Assembly: GCA_035526925.1 (NCBI GenBank)
Contig: DATLBL010000001.1
Coordinates: 11,602 to 75,601, forward strand
Reading direction: 5' to 3'
DNA length: 64,000 nucleotides
Origin: Gemmatimonadales bacterium
Lineage (GTDB): Bacteria > Gemmatimonadota > Gemmatimonadetes > Gemmatimonadales > GWC2-71-9
The position numbers and the translations under genes were made by a program. The notes beneath the pieces were generated by a model. It ran no database searches. It saw only the letters and a program-made list of their open reading frames with translations, and was not told the origin of the DNA. The first letter of the stretch is position 1. Every line of letters starts with the position of its first letter. Shown here in pieces: positions 26,772 through 35,274 of the stretch.

Positions 26772-28634
26772 GTGGACATCTCGAAATATGCGGCCCTGTT
26801 CCTGGCCGAGAGCCGGGAGCATCTGAGCACCTGCAATCAGCTGCTGCTCCGGTGGGAGCGCGAGCCGGCGGCGACCGAGCCCGTGAGCGGCTTGTTCCGC
26901 TCCATCCACACCATCAAGGGCATGGGCGCCACGATGGGCTTCACCGGCGTGGCCGAGCTGGCCCACCGGACGGAGAGCTTGCTCGACGCACTCCGGCAAA
27001 ACCTGATCGGCACCGATGCGGGCACCTTCGAGTTGCTCTTCCGGGCCGTCGACGCGCTCGGCCGCGCCGTGGAGGAGGCGGCCGCGGGGCGGGAAGGGCC
27101 GTCGGACATGGCCCTGGCGGCGGCGCTCGAGCGAGCGATCGGCGAACAGGCCGGAGTTCCGGGCGACCCGTCGCCCGCCAGCGAGGCCGCCGCGCACCGC
27201 CGGCGCTCGACGGACGTGCCTCGGGCCCGCGCCGTCCAGGTGACGATCAGGGCAGACGCGGTGATGCGGGGTGCGCGTGCCATTCTCGCGGTGCGCCGCG
27301 CCGAAGTGCTCGGGGTGATTGCCGGCCTGCGGCCCTCCTTCGTGCAGCTGGAACGCGAGGAGTTCGACGGCCGGTTCGGCTTCCGGATCGAGTCGCGCGC
27401 GTCCGAAGAGGAGCTGGTCGCCGCCATCCGGAGCGCCGGTGAAGTCGACTCGGTGCGGTTCGAGGAGGCGGCGCCCACCGACACTCCGGGCGAACGCCAT
27501 CGCCAGATCCGGGTCGACCTGGCCCGGCTCGATCGACTGATGAAGCAGGTCGGCGAGTTGGTGGTCGCCAAGAACCGTCTCGGCGTCATGGCGGCGGGTG
27601 GCGACGATCCGGCATTGACCGAGCTGAGCGACCGGATCGGACGGTTGGTCTCGGGCATGCAGGGCGAGGTGATCGCGTCGAGGATGACGCCCGTGGGCGA
27701 GGTGTTCGAGCGGTTTCCGAGACTCGTGCGAGACCTGTCGCGGGATCTCGGCAAGCGGATCCGTTTCGACGTCGAGGGTGAGGAGATCGAGCTCGACCGT
27801 TCCATCCTCGACGAGATCGGCGACCCGCTCTTGCACCTCATCAGGAACGCGGCGGATCACGGTATCGAACCACCGGAGGCACGCGTCCGGGCAGGCAAGC
27901 CGCCGGAGGGGCGGATACTGCTCGCCGCCACGCGCGATCGCAACAGCGTGACCCTGCGGGTCGCTGACGACGGGCGCGGGATCGACCGCGCCGCCATCCT
28001 CGCGAAGGCCCGCCGCGAGGGTCAGGCCGACGCCGCGAGCGAGACGTTGAGCGACGACCTCCTGCTCCGCGTCATCGCCCGACCGGGATTCAGCACGGCC
28101 GAGGCGGTGAGCGGCGTATCGGGCCGCGGCGTCGGGGTGGACGTCGCCATGACCCGGGTGCGCGCGCTCGGGGGTACGCTCGAGATCAGGTCCGAGGCCG
28201 GAAAGGGCACCACGTTCGTGATCCGCGTGCCCCTCACGCTTGCGATCGTGCGAGCGCTCCTGGCCGATGCGGGTGGGGAGCGCTACGCGGTGCCGCTCGC
28301 CTACGTCGCCGAGACGGTGGAGTTCGATCCGCGGGCGATCACCGCGCTTCGCAGCCGTGAGGCGCTGGTGGTGCGCGAGCAGGTCATCCCGACGGTGCAC
28401 CTGCGGGACCTGGTCGCCAACGGACGGCGGCCGGTGCCGGCTCGCCGGCCGACGGTAATTCTCGAAGTGGGCGAGCGCCGCACGGCGCTCGTGGTGGACG
28501 CACTGCTCGGGCAACAGGACATCGTGGTCGCACCCTTCGACGCTCCGCGCGGCATGCCGCCGTACGTGGGCGGCGCGACCATCCTCGCCGACGGCGCTCC
28601 GGCGCTCGTTCTCGACGCCGCCGCACTGCTGTAG
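26772..28634 (+). CDS. cheA: Chemotaxis histidine kinase CheA
   Basis: HPt FRSIHTIKGMGATMGF. HLIRNAADHGIE, DDGRGID, GRGVGVD, GKGTTF. C-terminal CheW-like P5 domain. Confidence 0.95.
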   Translation: MDISKYAALFLAESREHLSTCNQLLLRWEREPAATEPVSGLFRSIHTIKGMGATMGFTGVAELAHRTESLLDALRQNLIGTDAGTFELLFRAVDALGRAVEEAAAGREGPSDMALAAALERAIGEQAGVPGDPSPASEAAAHRRRSTDVPRARAVQVTIRADAVMRGARAILAVRRAEVLGVIAGLRPSFVQLEREEFDGRFGFRIESRASEEELVAAIRSAGEVDSVRFEEAAPTDTPGERHRQIRVDLARLDRLMKQVGELVVAKNRLGVMAAGGDDPALTELSDRIGRLVSGMQGEVIASRMTPVGEVFERFPRLVRDLSRDLGKRIRFDVEGEEIELDRSILDEIGDPLLHLIRNAADHGIEPPEARVRAGKPPEGRILLAATRDRNSVTLRVADDGRGIDRAAILAKARREGQADAASETLSDDLLLRVIARPGFSTAEAVSGVSGRGVGVDVAMTRVRALGGTLEIRSEAGKGTTFVIRVPLTLAIVRALLADAGGERYAVPLAYVAETVEFDPRAITALRSREALVVREQVIPTVHLRDLVANGRRPVPARRPTVILEVGERRTALVVDALLGQQDIVVAPFDAPRGMPPYVGGATILADGAPALVLDAAALL

Positions 28635-28647
28635 GGGGAGAGCACTC

Positions 28648-29268
28648 ATGGAAGACGTGCGGGGCCTGAAGGAGCTGCAGCTCGACGCGCTGCGCGAGGT
28701 GGCCAACATCGGGGCCGGCCACGCCGCCACCGCGTTGTCGCAGATGACCAATCACACGATCATGATCGCGGTGCCCGAGGTGAACGTGCGGCCGCTCGAG
28801 GAGGTCACCGACATGGTGGGCCGGCCCGACGAGGTGGTGGCCGCGGTCCTCATGCACATGATGGGCGATCTGACCGGTCGGACCCTGGTGCTCTTTCCGG
28901 AAAAGTCAGCCCGAACGCTCTGCGATATACTGTTCAGGCGGAGTGCCGGGACGACCGGCGAGTTCGGTCCGATGGAGCAGTCGGGGCTCAAGGAGGCGGG
29001 GAACATTCTCGCCAGCGCGTACATGAACGCGTTGAGCGACTTCATGGGGATGATGCTGGTGCCGTCGGTGCCCAGCCTCGTGATCGATCTCAACGCCGCG
29101 GTACTCACCACTACCTACCTCAACTTCGGCCACGACCGCGACTTCGTCTTCTGCGTCGACACGTCGTTCCGGGTGGAAGGAGCCATCGAACCGCTGCGGG
29201 GCCATTTCCTGCTCCTGCCCGACACGCCGTCGCTGCGGGCGATCTTCGACGCCATCCGCCTGCCCTGA
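28648..29268 (+). CDS. cheC: CheC-family CheY-P phosphatase
   Basis: Both D/S-x3-E-x2-N-x22-P active-site motifs are present: DALREVAN+22+P and SGLKEAGN+22+P. Confidence 0.88.
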   Translation: MEDVRGLKELQLDALREVANIGAGHAATALSQMTNHTIMIAVPEVNVRPLEEVTDMVGRPDEVVAAVLMHMMGDLTGRTLVLFPEKSARTLCDILFRRSAGTTGEFGPMEQSGLKEAGNILASAYMNALSDFMGMMLVPSVPSLVIDLNAAVLTTTYLNFGHDRDFVFCVDTSFRVEGAIEPLRGHFLLLPDTPSLRAIFDAIRLP

Positions 29269-29272
29269 TCCG

Positions 29273-31960
29273 ATGCCTGGGCCCGTTCTGTCGGAGCGCG
29301 ACCTTGCCGTCCTGCGCTCCTTCGCCCGTCGGATCGACCCGTCCGATGCCGGCGCCCACAACAATCTGGGCGTTCTCTACTATCAGAAGGGGCTGATCGA
29401 GGACGCCATCGCGGAATTCGTCCGCGCGCTCGAGCTGGACGCGCGGATGCAGGTGGCGCAGAGCAACCTCGATATCGCCTATCGCGAGAGCGGACACTAC
29501 GACCGCCGGATCACGGACCTGCGTGAGCGGGTTCGGCGCCAGCCCGAGGATCGGGAGGCCCGGTGGGAGCTCGGCCGCGCGCATGCCGCGCTCGGGCGCC
29601 ACGCCGAGGCCATCGCGGAGTTTCAGGCACTGCTCGCGTGGCAGCCGGCCGACGTGCCCGCCATGCTCCAGCTTGGCCTGGCGGAAAAGGCGCGCGGCAA
29701 TCTCGACGTCGCGACCGACTGGCTCGCGCGGGCCTGCGCCCAGGACCCCACCAGCGCCGTAGCCCGCTTCTACCACGGTGAGGTGCTGTACAATCGCGGG
29801 CTGAACGAGCCCGCCCTCGAAGCCCTTCGTGGCGCCATCGCACAGAATCCGGAATACGCCGAGGCGCACTACCTGCTGGCCTTCGTGTACGGCGACATCG
29901 GCCGGCACGAGGAGGCGCGCGAGGCGACCAAGCGCGCCATCAAGTTGAATCCGACGCTGGCGCGCGCCCAGGCCAACCTGGCGCTGGAGCGATACGGATC
30001 GAACGGCGCTTCGGCGGGCGCCACGGCGCGTGCGGACGAGCGCCCGCAGATCGTCCACGGCGGCGCGCTCGCTCACTACAATCTCGGCCTGGCGTTCCGG
30101 CAGAAGGCACTGCACGACGAGGCGCTCCGTGAGTACCGGCTGGCGCTCGACGCCGGGGAAGACCGGCGGATGACCCTGCAGGCGATGGCGGAGGTGCACC
30201 TGCTCCGGCGCGAGCTGCCCGCCGCGCTCGAGTTGTACGACGACCTGGTTCGCGACTACGCCGACTCACCGAAGCTGTGGAACGAGCGCGGCGTGTGCCT
30301 GCACCAGGCGGGCCGCCGGGACGAGGCCATCGCGTCCTACGAGCGGGCCGCCGCCGTCGACGTCGGATATCAGCTCGCGTGGAACAATCTGGGCGTCATC
30401 CGCGCCGGCGAGCCCGGCGAGTCGGCGATCGCGGCGTTCCGGCGGGCGCTGGACGGCGAACGTCCGTTGTTCGCCGCCCGGCTCAATCTGGGACTGCTGT
30501 ACCTGCAGCGACGTCAGCTGCGTGCGGCGCTCGAAGAGTACCAGAGTGCCCTGGGCGAGCAGAGCGGCAGCGCGGTCGCCTGGAACGGTGTGGGCCTCGT
30601 GCTGATGGAGCTGCGCCGATTCGAGGACGCGCGGAACGCCTTCGGCAGAGCCGTGGACGCGGATGCCGGCATGGCCGGCGCGCACTACAACCTGAGCTTC
30701 GTCCTGAGCCAGCTGGGGGACTACGACGGGGCTCTGCGGGAGACCCGACGCGCCCTGGAGCTCGAGCCGCTGTACGTGCCACAGAAGTTCTCGCTGACGA
30801 TCGACCTCCAGTATGAGGACCCCACGATCGCGATCGCACCCGAGCTGACCGCCGAAGTGGCGGGCGACCAGCTCGCGGGCGAATTCACGTTCGATCCGCC
30901 GGCGCTGGACCAGCTGTTCGCCGAGCTCACCCCGTCCTCACCCGTCGGCGGAACCAACGGTGCCGGCGGCGACGCGCTCGACCTGGCGCGGGACTACATC
31001 GGAAAGGGGCTGCTCGATCTCGCCTCGGCCGAGCTGAGTCGGGCCGCGGCTCGCGGGGCGCCGCAGGGAACGACGGCCGTGCTGCTGGGCGACATCTTCG
31101 CGAAGCGCGGTCTCTACGGCGAGGCATTGGAGCGCTACCGGGCCGCCCGCGCGGCGACGCCCGACGATCCCGATGCGACGCTCGGCGAGATCCGTGCACT
31201 GCTCGCGCTCGGCTGGGCCGGTGACGCCGCCCCGCTCGCGGACGAGCTGGCCCGGCGGGTGCGCGGGGATGTCGAGGTGCTCGTCGCCCGCGCGCGGGTG
31301 CGGCTTGCCGTGAACGACGCGCTCGGCGCGCTCGACTGCATCCGCGAGGCGCAGACCCTCGCGCCCGGTCGCCCCGATCTGTTTCACCTGCAGGCACAGG
31401 TGTCCGCGCGCCTCGGGGACCGCTCCGCCGCCCTCGCCGCCTTCAACGCCGCGCTCCAGCTCGACCCGGGACTGGTCCGGGTGTGGTTCGAGCTCGGTGG
31501 CATCGAGGAAGAGCGGGGCAGCTGGCCCGCGGCGCGGGCCGCCTACGAACGGGCCCTCGATCTGCTGCCCACCTACGGCGCCGCCGCCCTCGCACTGTCC
31601 GACCTGCTCCGACGGACCGAGAGTCCGCGCGCGGCGATCGCCGTGCTCGTGCACCTCCTCGAAGCGGATCCCTACGAGCTCGAGGCGCTCACCGCGTTGG
31701 GTCGCACGCTGCTGGAGGATGGCCGCACGTCGCAGGCGCTCGAGGCCTTCGAGCGTGTGCTGCGGTTCGACCCCGAGCACGCCGGAGCGCTCTATCACGA
31801 GGGTGCCGCCCTCGCTCGCCAGCGCCAGTTCGATCAGGCGGTGCTCGCGTGGGAGCGCGTGGTGCAGATCGACCCGGCGGGTCCGTATGCCTCGCAGGCC
31901 CGGACGCGAGCCCGTTCCGCCCGCGATCTGCAGCACATCTTCGCGGCGTCGGCAGGGTAA
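29273..31960 (+). CDS. 895-aa tetratricopeptide-repeat protein
   Basis: Reiterated TPR-type A/Y/L-pattern repeats throughout (e.g. AHNNLGVLYYQKGLIEDAIAEFVRALELD). Confidence 0.85.
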   Translation: MPGPVLSERDLAVLRSFARRIDPSDAGAHNNLGVLYYQKGLIEDAIAEFVRALELDARMQVAQSNLDIAYRESGHYDRRITDLRERVRRQPEDREARWELGRAHAALGRHAEAIAEFQALLAWQPADVPAMLQLGLAEKARGNLDVATDWLARACAQDPTSAVARFYHGEVLYNRGLNEPALEALRGAIAQNPEYAEAHYLLAFVYGDIGRHEEAREATKRAIKLNPTLARAQANLALERYGSNGASAGATARADERPQIVHGGALAHYNLGLAFRQKALHDEALREYRLALDAGEDRRMTLQAMAEVHLLRRELPAALELYDDLVRDYADSPKLWNERGVCLHQAGRRDEAIASYERAAAVDVGYQLAWNNLGVIRAGEPGESAIAAFRRALDGERPLFAARLNLGLLYLQRRQLRAALEEYQSALGEQSGSAVAWNGVGLVLMELRRFEDARNAFGRAVDADAGMAGAHYNLSFVLSQLGDYDGALRETRRALELEPLYVPQKFSLTIDLQYEDPTIAIAPELTAEVAGDQLAGEFTFDPPALDQLFAELTPSSPVGGTNGAGGDALDLARDYIGKGLLDLASAELSRAAARGAPQGTTAVLLGDIFAKRGLYGEALERYRAARAATPDDPDATLGEIRALLALGWAGDAAPLADELARRVRGDVEVLVARARVRLAVNDALGALDCIREAQTLAPGRPDLFHLQAQVSARLGDRSAALAAFNAALQLDPGLVRVWFELGGIEEERGSWPAARAAYERALDLLPTYGAAALALSDLLRRTESPRAAIAVLVHLLEADPYELEALTALGRTLLEDGRTSQALEAFERVLRFDPEHAGALYHEGAALARQRQFDQAVLAWERVVQIDPAGPYASQARTRARSARDLQHIFAASAG

Positions 31961-31964
31961 GCCC

Positions 31965-33014
31965 GTGGCCCTCGAGGGACCGCTCAAGGACCTGCACATC
32001 CAGGATGTATTCCAGCTGCTGGACCTGGGCCGGAAGAGCGGGGTGCTGCGGGTGACGTCGGAGCTCCGCCAGACGGCGGGAACGGTGTGCTTCGACCGGG
32101 GGGGCGTGGTCTCCGCGGCGGTGGGCAGCGACCCCCAGCCGCTCGGCGCGCGGCTCGTGCGGACGGGCAGGATCACCGCCGCGGACCTGGATCGCGCCCG
32201 CAGCATGCAGAGCGGGGGCGACCCGCGCCGGCTGGGCGACATTCTGGTGAGCCTCGGGAGCATCCAGCGGCGGGAGCTGGACCGTCAGCTCAAGGCGCAG
32301 ATCGAGGAGGCCGTCTTCGAGCTGCTCCGCTGGTCGGAAGGGTATTTCCGGTTCGAGGAAGGTGCGGTGTGTCAGGCGGCAGTGGAGTCGCCGGTCCGCT
32401 TTCCGACCGAGGCGCTGCTGATGGAGGCCGCGCGCCGGATCGACGAATGGTCGCGGATCGGGTCCAAGGTGTCGCATCTGCGCCTGGTGCCGCGGCTGCC
32501 CGCTCCCGAGGCGCAGGGGAGCGAGGTGCTCGATCTGGTGCCGTTCGAATGGGAAGTGCTGGCCGCGGTCGACGGCGCGCGGGACCTGCATTCGCTCGCC
32601 GAGGTGCTCGGCCGCTCGGAGTTCGAGGTGGCGCGTACGGTGTACGGTCTCACGAACGCCGGCATCGTGGTCCTCGACGATCCGGCCCATCCCGGGCACG
32701 AGGCGGAGCCCGGGCGCGACTTGGCCGCCCTGCTCGTGCCGGCCCGTGAGGCGCTGGCGCACAGTCAGTACGACATCGCCGCCGGCGCGCTCGAGGAGCT
32801 GCTGCGGAGCGATCCCTTGATGCCCGAGGCCAGGCGCCTCCTCGGCCTCTGCTATGCCGCGCTGGGCCGCCATCGCGAGGCGCTCGAGCTGTGGGCGTCA
32901 TGGAACCGTCTCGACAGCCGCACACCCGGCGAAGAGGCGGAGAGCCCGGCGGTGGAGCGCTTGCGGCAGTCGGTGGAGACGATCCTCAGGGAGCTGGAGC
33001 GCTACCGTGACTGA
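31965..33014 (+). CDS. DUF4388 (PATAN)-domain protein with C-terminal TPR
   Basis: N-terminal LEGPLKDLHIQDVFQLLDLGRKSGVLRV. GTG start 5 nt after the upstream stop. TPR-like C-terminus. Confidence 0.8.
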   Translation: MALEGPLKDLHIQDVFQLLDLGRKSGVLRVTSELRQTAGTVCFDRGGVVSAAVGSDPQPLGARLVRTGRITAADLDRARSMQSGGDPRRLGDILVSLGSIQRRELDRQLKAQIEEAVFELLRWSEGYFRFEEGAVCQAAVESPVRFPTEALLMEAARRIDEWSRIGSKVSHLRLVPRLPAPEAQGSEVLDLVPFEWEVLAAVDGARDLHSLAEVLGRSEFEVARTVYGLTNAGIVVLDDPAHPGHEAEPGRDLAALLVPAREALAHSQYDIAAGALEELLRSDPLMPEARRLLGLCYAALGRHREALELWASWNRLDSRTPGEEAESPAVERLRQSVETILRELERYRD

Positions 33015-33855
33015 CGACATCCGAGCACTGACCGCCCGCCTGGCCGACGAGCCGGGCAGCCTGGCGTTCCTCGAGCTCGCCGAGGCGCTGCGCCGTCGGG
33101 GGCAGACCGATGCGGCCTACAAGGTGGCGCGCGGGGGACTGGCTCGGTATCCGGGCCTGGCCGACGCGCACGACCTGTTGGCGCGCGTGCTCAGCGACCA
33201 GGGTGAGCTGGCGGGCGCGTTCGACGCCTGGTCCTCGGCGCTGCAGCTCGATCCGATGCGCACGAGCGCGCTCAAGGGCATTGCGTTCCTCTATTTCCGT
33301 GCGGGGGACAAGGCCGCCGCGCTCGAGCACCTGCAGCGCGCCCTGGAGGTCGACCCGGACGACCTCTCGATCCGGCAGGCGGTCGTGCGGATCGGCTCCG
33401 AGGCTCGCCCGCATCCACCCGCGACCGCACCCTCCGGCGACCCGCCGCCACCGGCTCCCGTCGCGCGCGGACTCGAGGCCGAGCCGGTGTCTCCGCGCAC
33501 GTCGCCGATCTTCGGCGGACTCGAGGGGGGCGACGGAGGCCTGCTCCTGGTCGACGCGAACGGGCTGCGGCTCGGCGGACGACTCGAGACACCGGAGGGC
33601 CACGATGCGGGCGACCGGGTCGCCGCGCAGCTCGCCGGCGTCTCGCGAGAGGCCGCCCGCGCGACGCGCCTGCTCGGGTTGGGCAGCTGGCATGCGATCG
33701 CGATCGAGTCTCCGGACGGACATCTCGTGCTCGCGCAGCCGACACCCGAGACGGTGCTCCTGGCCGCACGCGAGCCGTCGCTGCCGATGGGGGGCGTGAC
33801 GCTCCTCGCCGAGCGCGCCGCCCGGGCCGCGCGGCTGTGGCTGGAGACGTCATGA
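33007..33855 (+). CDS. TPR - Pro-rich linker - Roadblock/LC7-like protein
   Basis: N-terminal TPRs. The C-terminal segment GGLLLVDANGLRLGG...AAQLAGVSREAARATRLLGLGSWHAIAIESPDGHLVLAQP has the Roadblock pattern. 8-nt overlap with the upstream gene. Confidence 0.7.
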   Translation: MTDDIRALTARLADEPGSLAFLELAEALRRRGQTDAAYKVARGGLARYPGLADAHDLLARVLSDQGELAGAFDAWSSALQLDPMRTSALKGIAFLYFRAGDKAAALEHLQRALEVDPDDLSIRQAVVRIGSEARPHPPATAPSGDPPPPAPVARGLEAEPVSPRTSPIFGGLEGGDGGLLLVDANGLRLGGRLETPEGHDAGDRVAAQLAGVSREAARATRLLGLGSWHAIAIESPDGHLVLAQPTPETVLLAAREPSLPMGGVTLLAERAARAARLWLETS

Positions 33856-34202
33856 CGCCCGCGACACAGGCCGCGCTCGACCGCGTGACGCGAGTGGCCG
33901 GGGTGCGCGGCGCGCTGGTCGTGGCCGCATCCGACGGCCTGGTGGTGGCGGAGCAGCTGATGGACGGCGTCGACGGCCAGGCCGCGGCGGCGCTCACCGG
34001 CAGCCTCGTCGGCCGGCTCGCGCGGACCGCCGAGAGCGCGGGAATGCGCCCGCCCGCATTTCTCCACCTGCGAGGGGACGCCGGCGGCGTGCTCGCGGCG
34101 CCCGGCCCGGACGATCTGGTGCTCGTGGCCGTCGTGGGGCCGGACGCCAATCTGGGCCTGGCGCGGCTGGAGATGATCGAGGCCGCGGGGCGTTTGGGCT
34201 GA
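33852..34202 (+). CDS. Roadblock/LC7-domain protein
   Basis: VRGALVVAASDGLVVAEQL...AAALTGSLVGRLARTAE...VLVAVVGPDANLGLARLEM. ATGA overlap with the upstream gene. Confidence 0.75.
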   Translation: MTPATQAALDRVTRVAGVRGALVVAASDGLVVAEQLMDGVDGQAAAALTGSLVGRLARTAESAGMRPPAFLHLRGDAGGVLAAPGPDDLVLVAVVGPDANLGLARLEMIEAAGRLG

Positions 34203-34666
34203 TGCGGGCGCTGGAGCCGTGGGTGGTGCAGCCGCTGGAGAACTTCCTCGCCGAAAGCGCGGCGCGGCTGACGCTGCTGATGACCAGCTCGGGTCAGGTC
34301 GTCGCCCAGCATGGTTTCTCGCGCTCGCTCGACGTCATGACGGCTGCGGCGCTGGGCGCCGGCATCGTCGCGTCGACCGAGGAGCTGGCGCGCCTGATGG
34401 GCGGGGCGCGATTCGAGGCGCTCGTCCACAACGGGCAGCGACAGAGCTGCATGCTCGGCGCATTCGCCACGCCGCGCGGCCGGTGGATCGGCCTGGTGGT
34501 GTTCGGGCCCGAGACCTCCGTCGGCATCGTACGGCTGTTCTTCGATCAGCTGGTGCAGCAGCTCGCGGCGGCGGCGCCGCGCGAGCCGACGCCCGCACCG
34601 CCCATGCTGGCGGAAAATTTCGAGACCGAGCTCAACGCGAGCCTCAAAGCGCTCTTCGGACGGTAA
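34202..34666 (+). CDS. mglB: MglB-like Roadblock/LC7 protein (putative MglA GAP)
   Basis: Lies directly upstream of mglA. LTLLMTSSGQVVAQHG...AAALGAGIVASTEELARLMG...GLVVFGPETSVGIVRLFF lines up with my recollection of M. xanthus MglB (...SLGLVRLRIKK...). Confidence 0.72.
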   Translation: MRALEPWVVQPLENFLAESAARLTLLMTSSGQVVAQHGFSRSLDVMTAAALGAGIVASTEELARLMGGARFEALVHNGQRQSCMLGAFATPRGRWIGLVVFGPETSVGIVRLFFDQLVQQLAAAAPREPTPAPPMLAENFETELNASLKALFGR

Positions 34667-34671
34667 CCGGC

Positions 34672-35274
34672 ATGTCTCTCGTCAACTTCACGGCACGCGA
34701 GATCACCTGCAAGATCGTCTATTACGGGCCGGGCCGGTCCGGCAAGACGACGAATCTGCAGTACGTTTATGGCCGGGTGCCGGAGAGTCGACGCGGGCGG
34801 ATGGTCTCGCTCGCGACGCAGACCGACCGGACGCTCTTCTTCGACTTTCTGCCCCTCGAGCTCGGAACGATCTCGGGCTTCACGACCAAGTTTCAGCTCT
34901 ACACCGTCCCGGGGCAGAGCTATTACAACGCAACGCGGAAGCTGGTTCTGCAGGGCGCCGACGGCGTCGTCTTCGTCGGCGACAGTCAGGCCCGGCGCTT
35001 CGACGACAACCTGGAGAGCCTCCAGAACCTGCAGGACAACCTGCTGTCGCAGGGCGTCGACATCCGTCAGCTGCCGGTGGTTTTCCAGTACAACAAGCAG
35101 GACCTGCCCAGCGACCTGATTCTCGCCCACGAAGAGATGGACGACGCGCTCAACTTCCGGGCGGTGCCGAGCTTCGCGGCGGACGCGCTGCACGGGAGCG
35201 GCGTCTTCGAGACGCTGCGCGGGGTCTCGGAGCTGGTGCTCAAACGGCTGGCGGTCGGAGGCGCGGTCGCGTGA
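34672..35274 (+). CDS. mglA: MglA-family Ras-like small GTPase
   Basis: CKIVYYGPGRSGKTTNLQY (P-loop), TDRTLFFDFLP (intrinsic Arg), LYTVPGQ (switch-2 Gln), QYNKQDLP (NKxD). Near-colinear with M. xanthus MglA as I recall it. The track ORF start at 34219 is an out-of-frame overlap with mglB. Confidence 0.93.
   Translation: MSLVNFTAREITCKIVYYGPGRSGKTTNLQYVYGRVPESRRGRMVSLATQTDRTLFFDFLPLELGTISGFTTKFQLYTVPGQSYYNATRKLVLQGADGVVFVGDSQARRFDDNLESLQNLQDNLLSQGVDIRQLPVVFQYNKQDLPSDLILAHEEMDDALNFRAVPSFAADALHGSGVFETLRGVSELVLKRLAVGGAVA

Noticed and set aside
26364-28751. 795-aa minus-strand ORF antisense to cheY and cheA
   Set aside because: The sense strand encodes textbook CheY and CheA. The antisense translation has no motifs and a biased composition.
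34219-34671. N-terminal extension of the mglA ORF (track start 34219)
   Set aside because: It overlaps mglB out of frame. MglA homology starts exactly at MSLVNFTAREI (ATG 34672).
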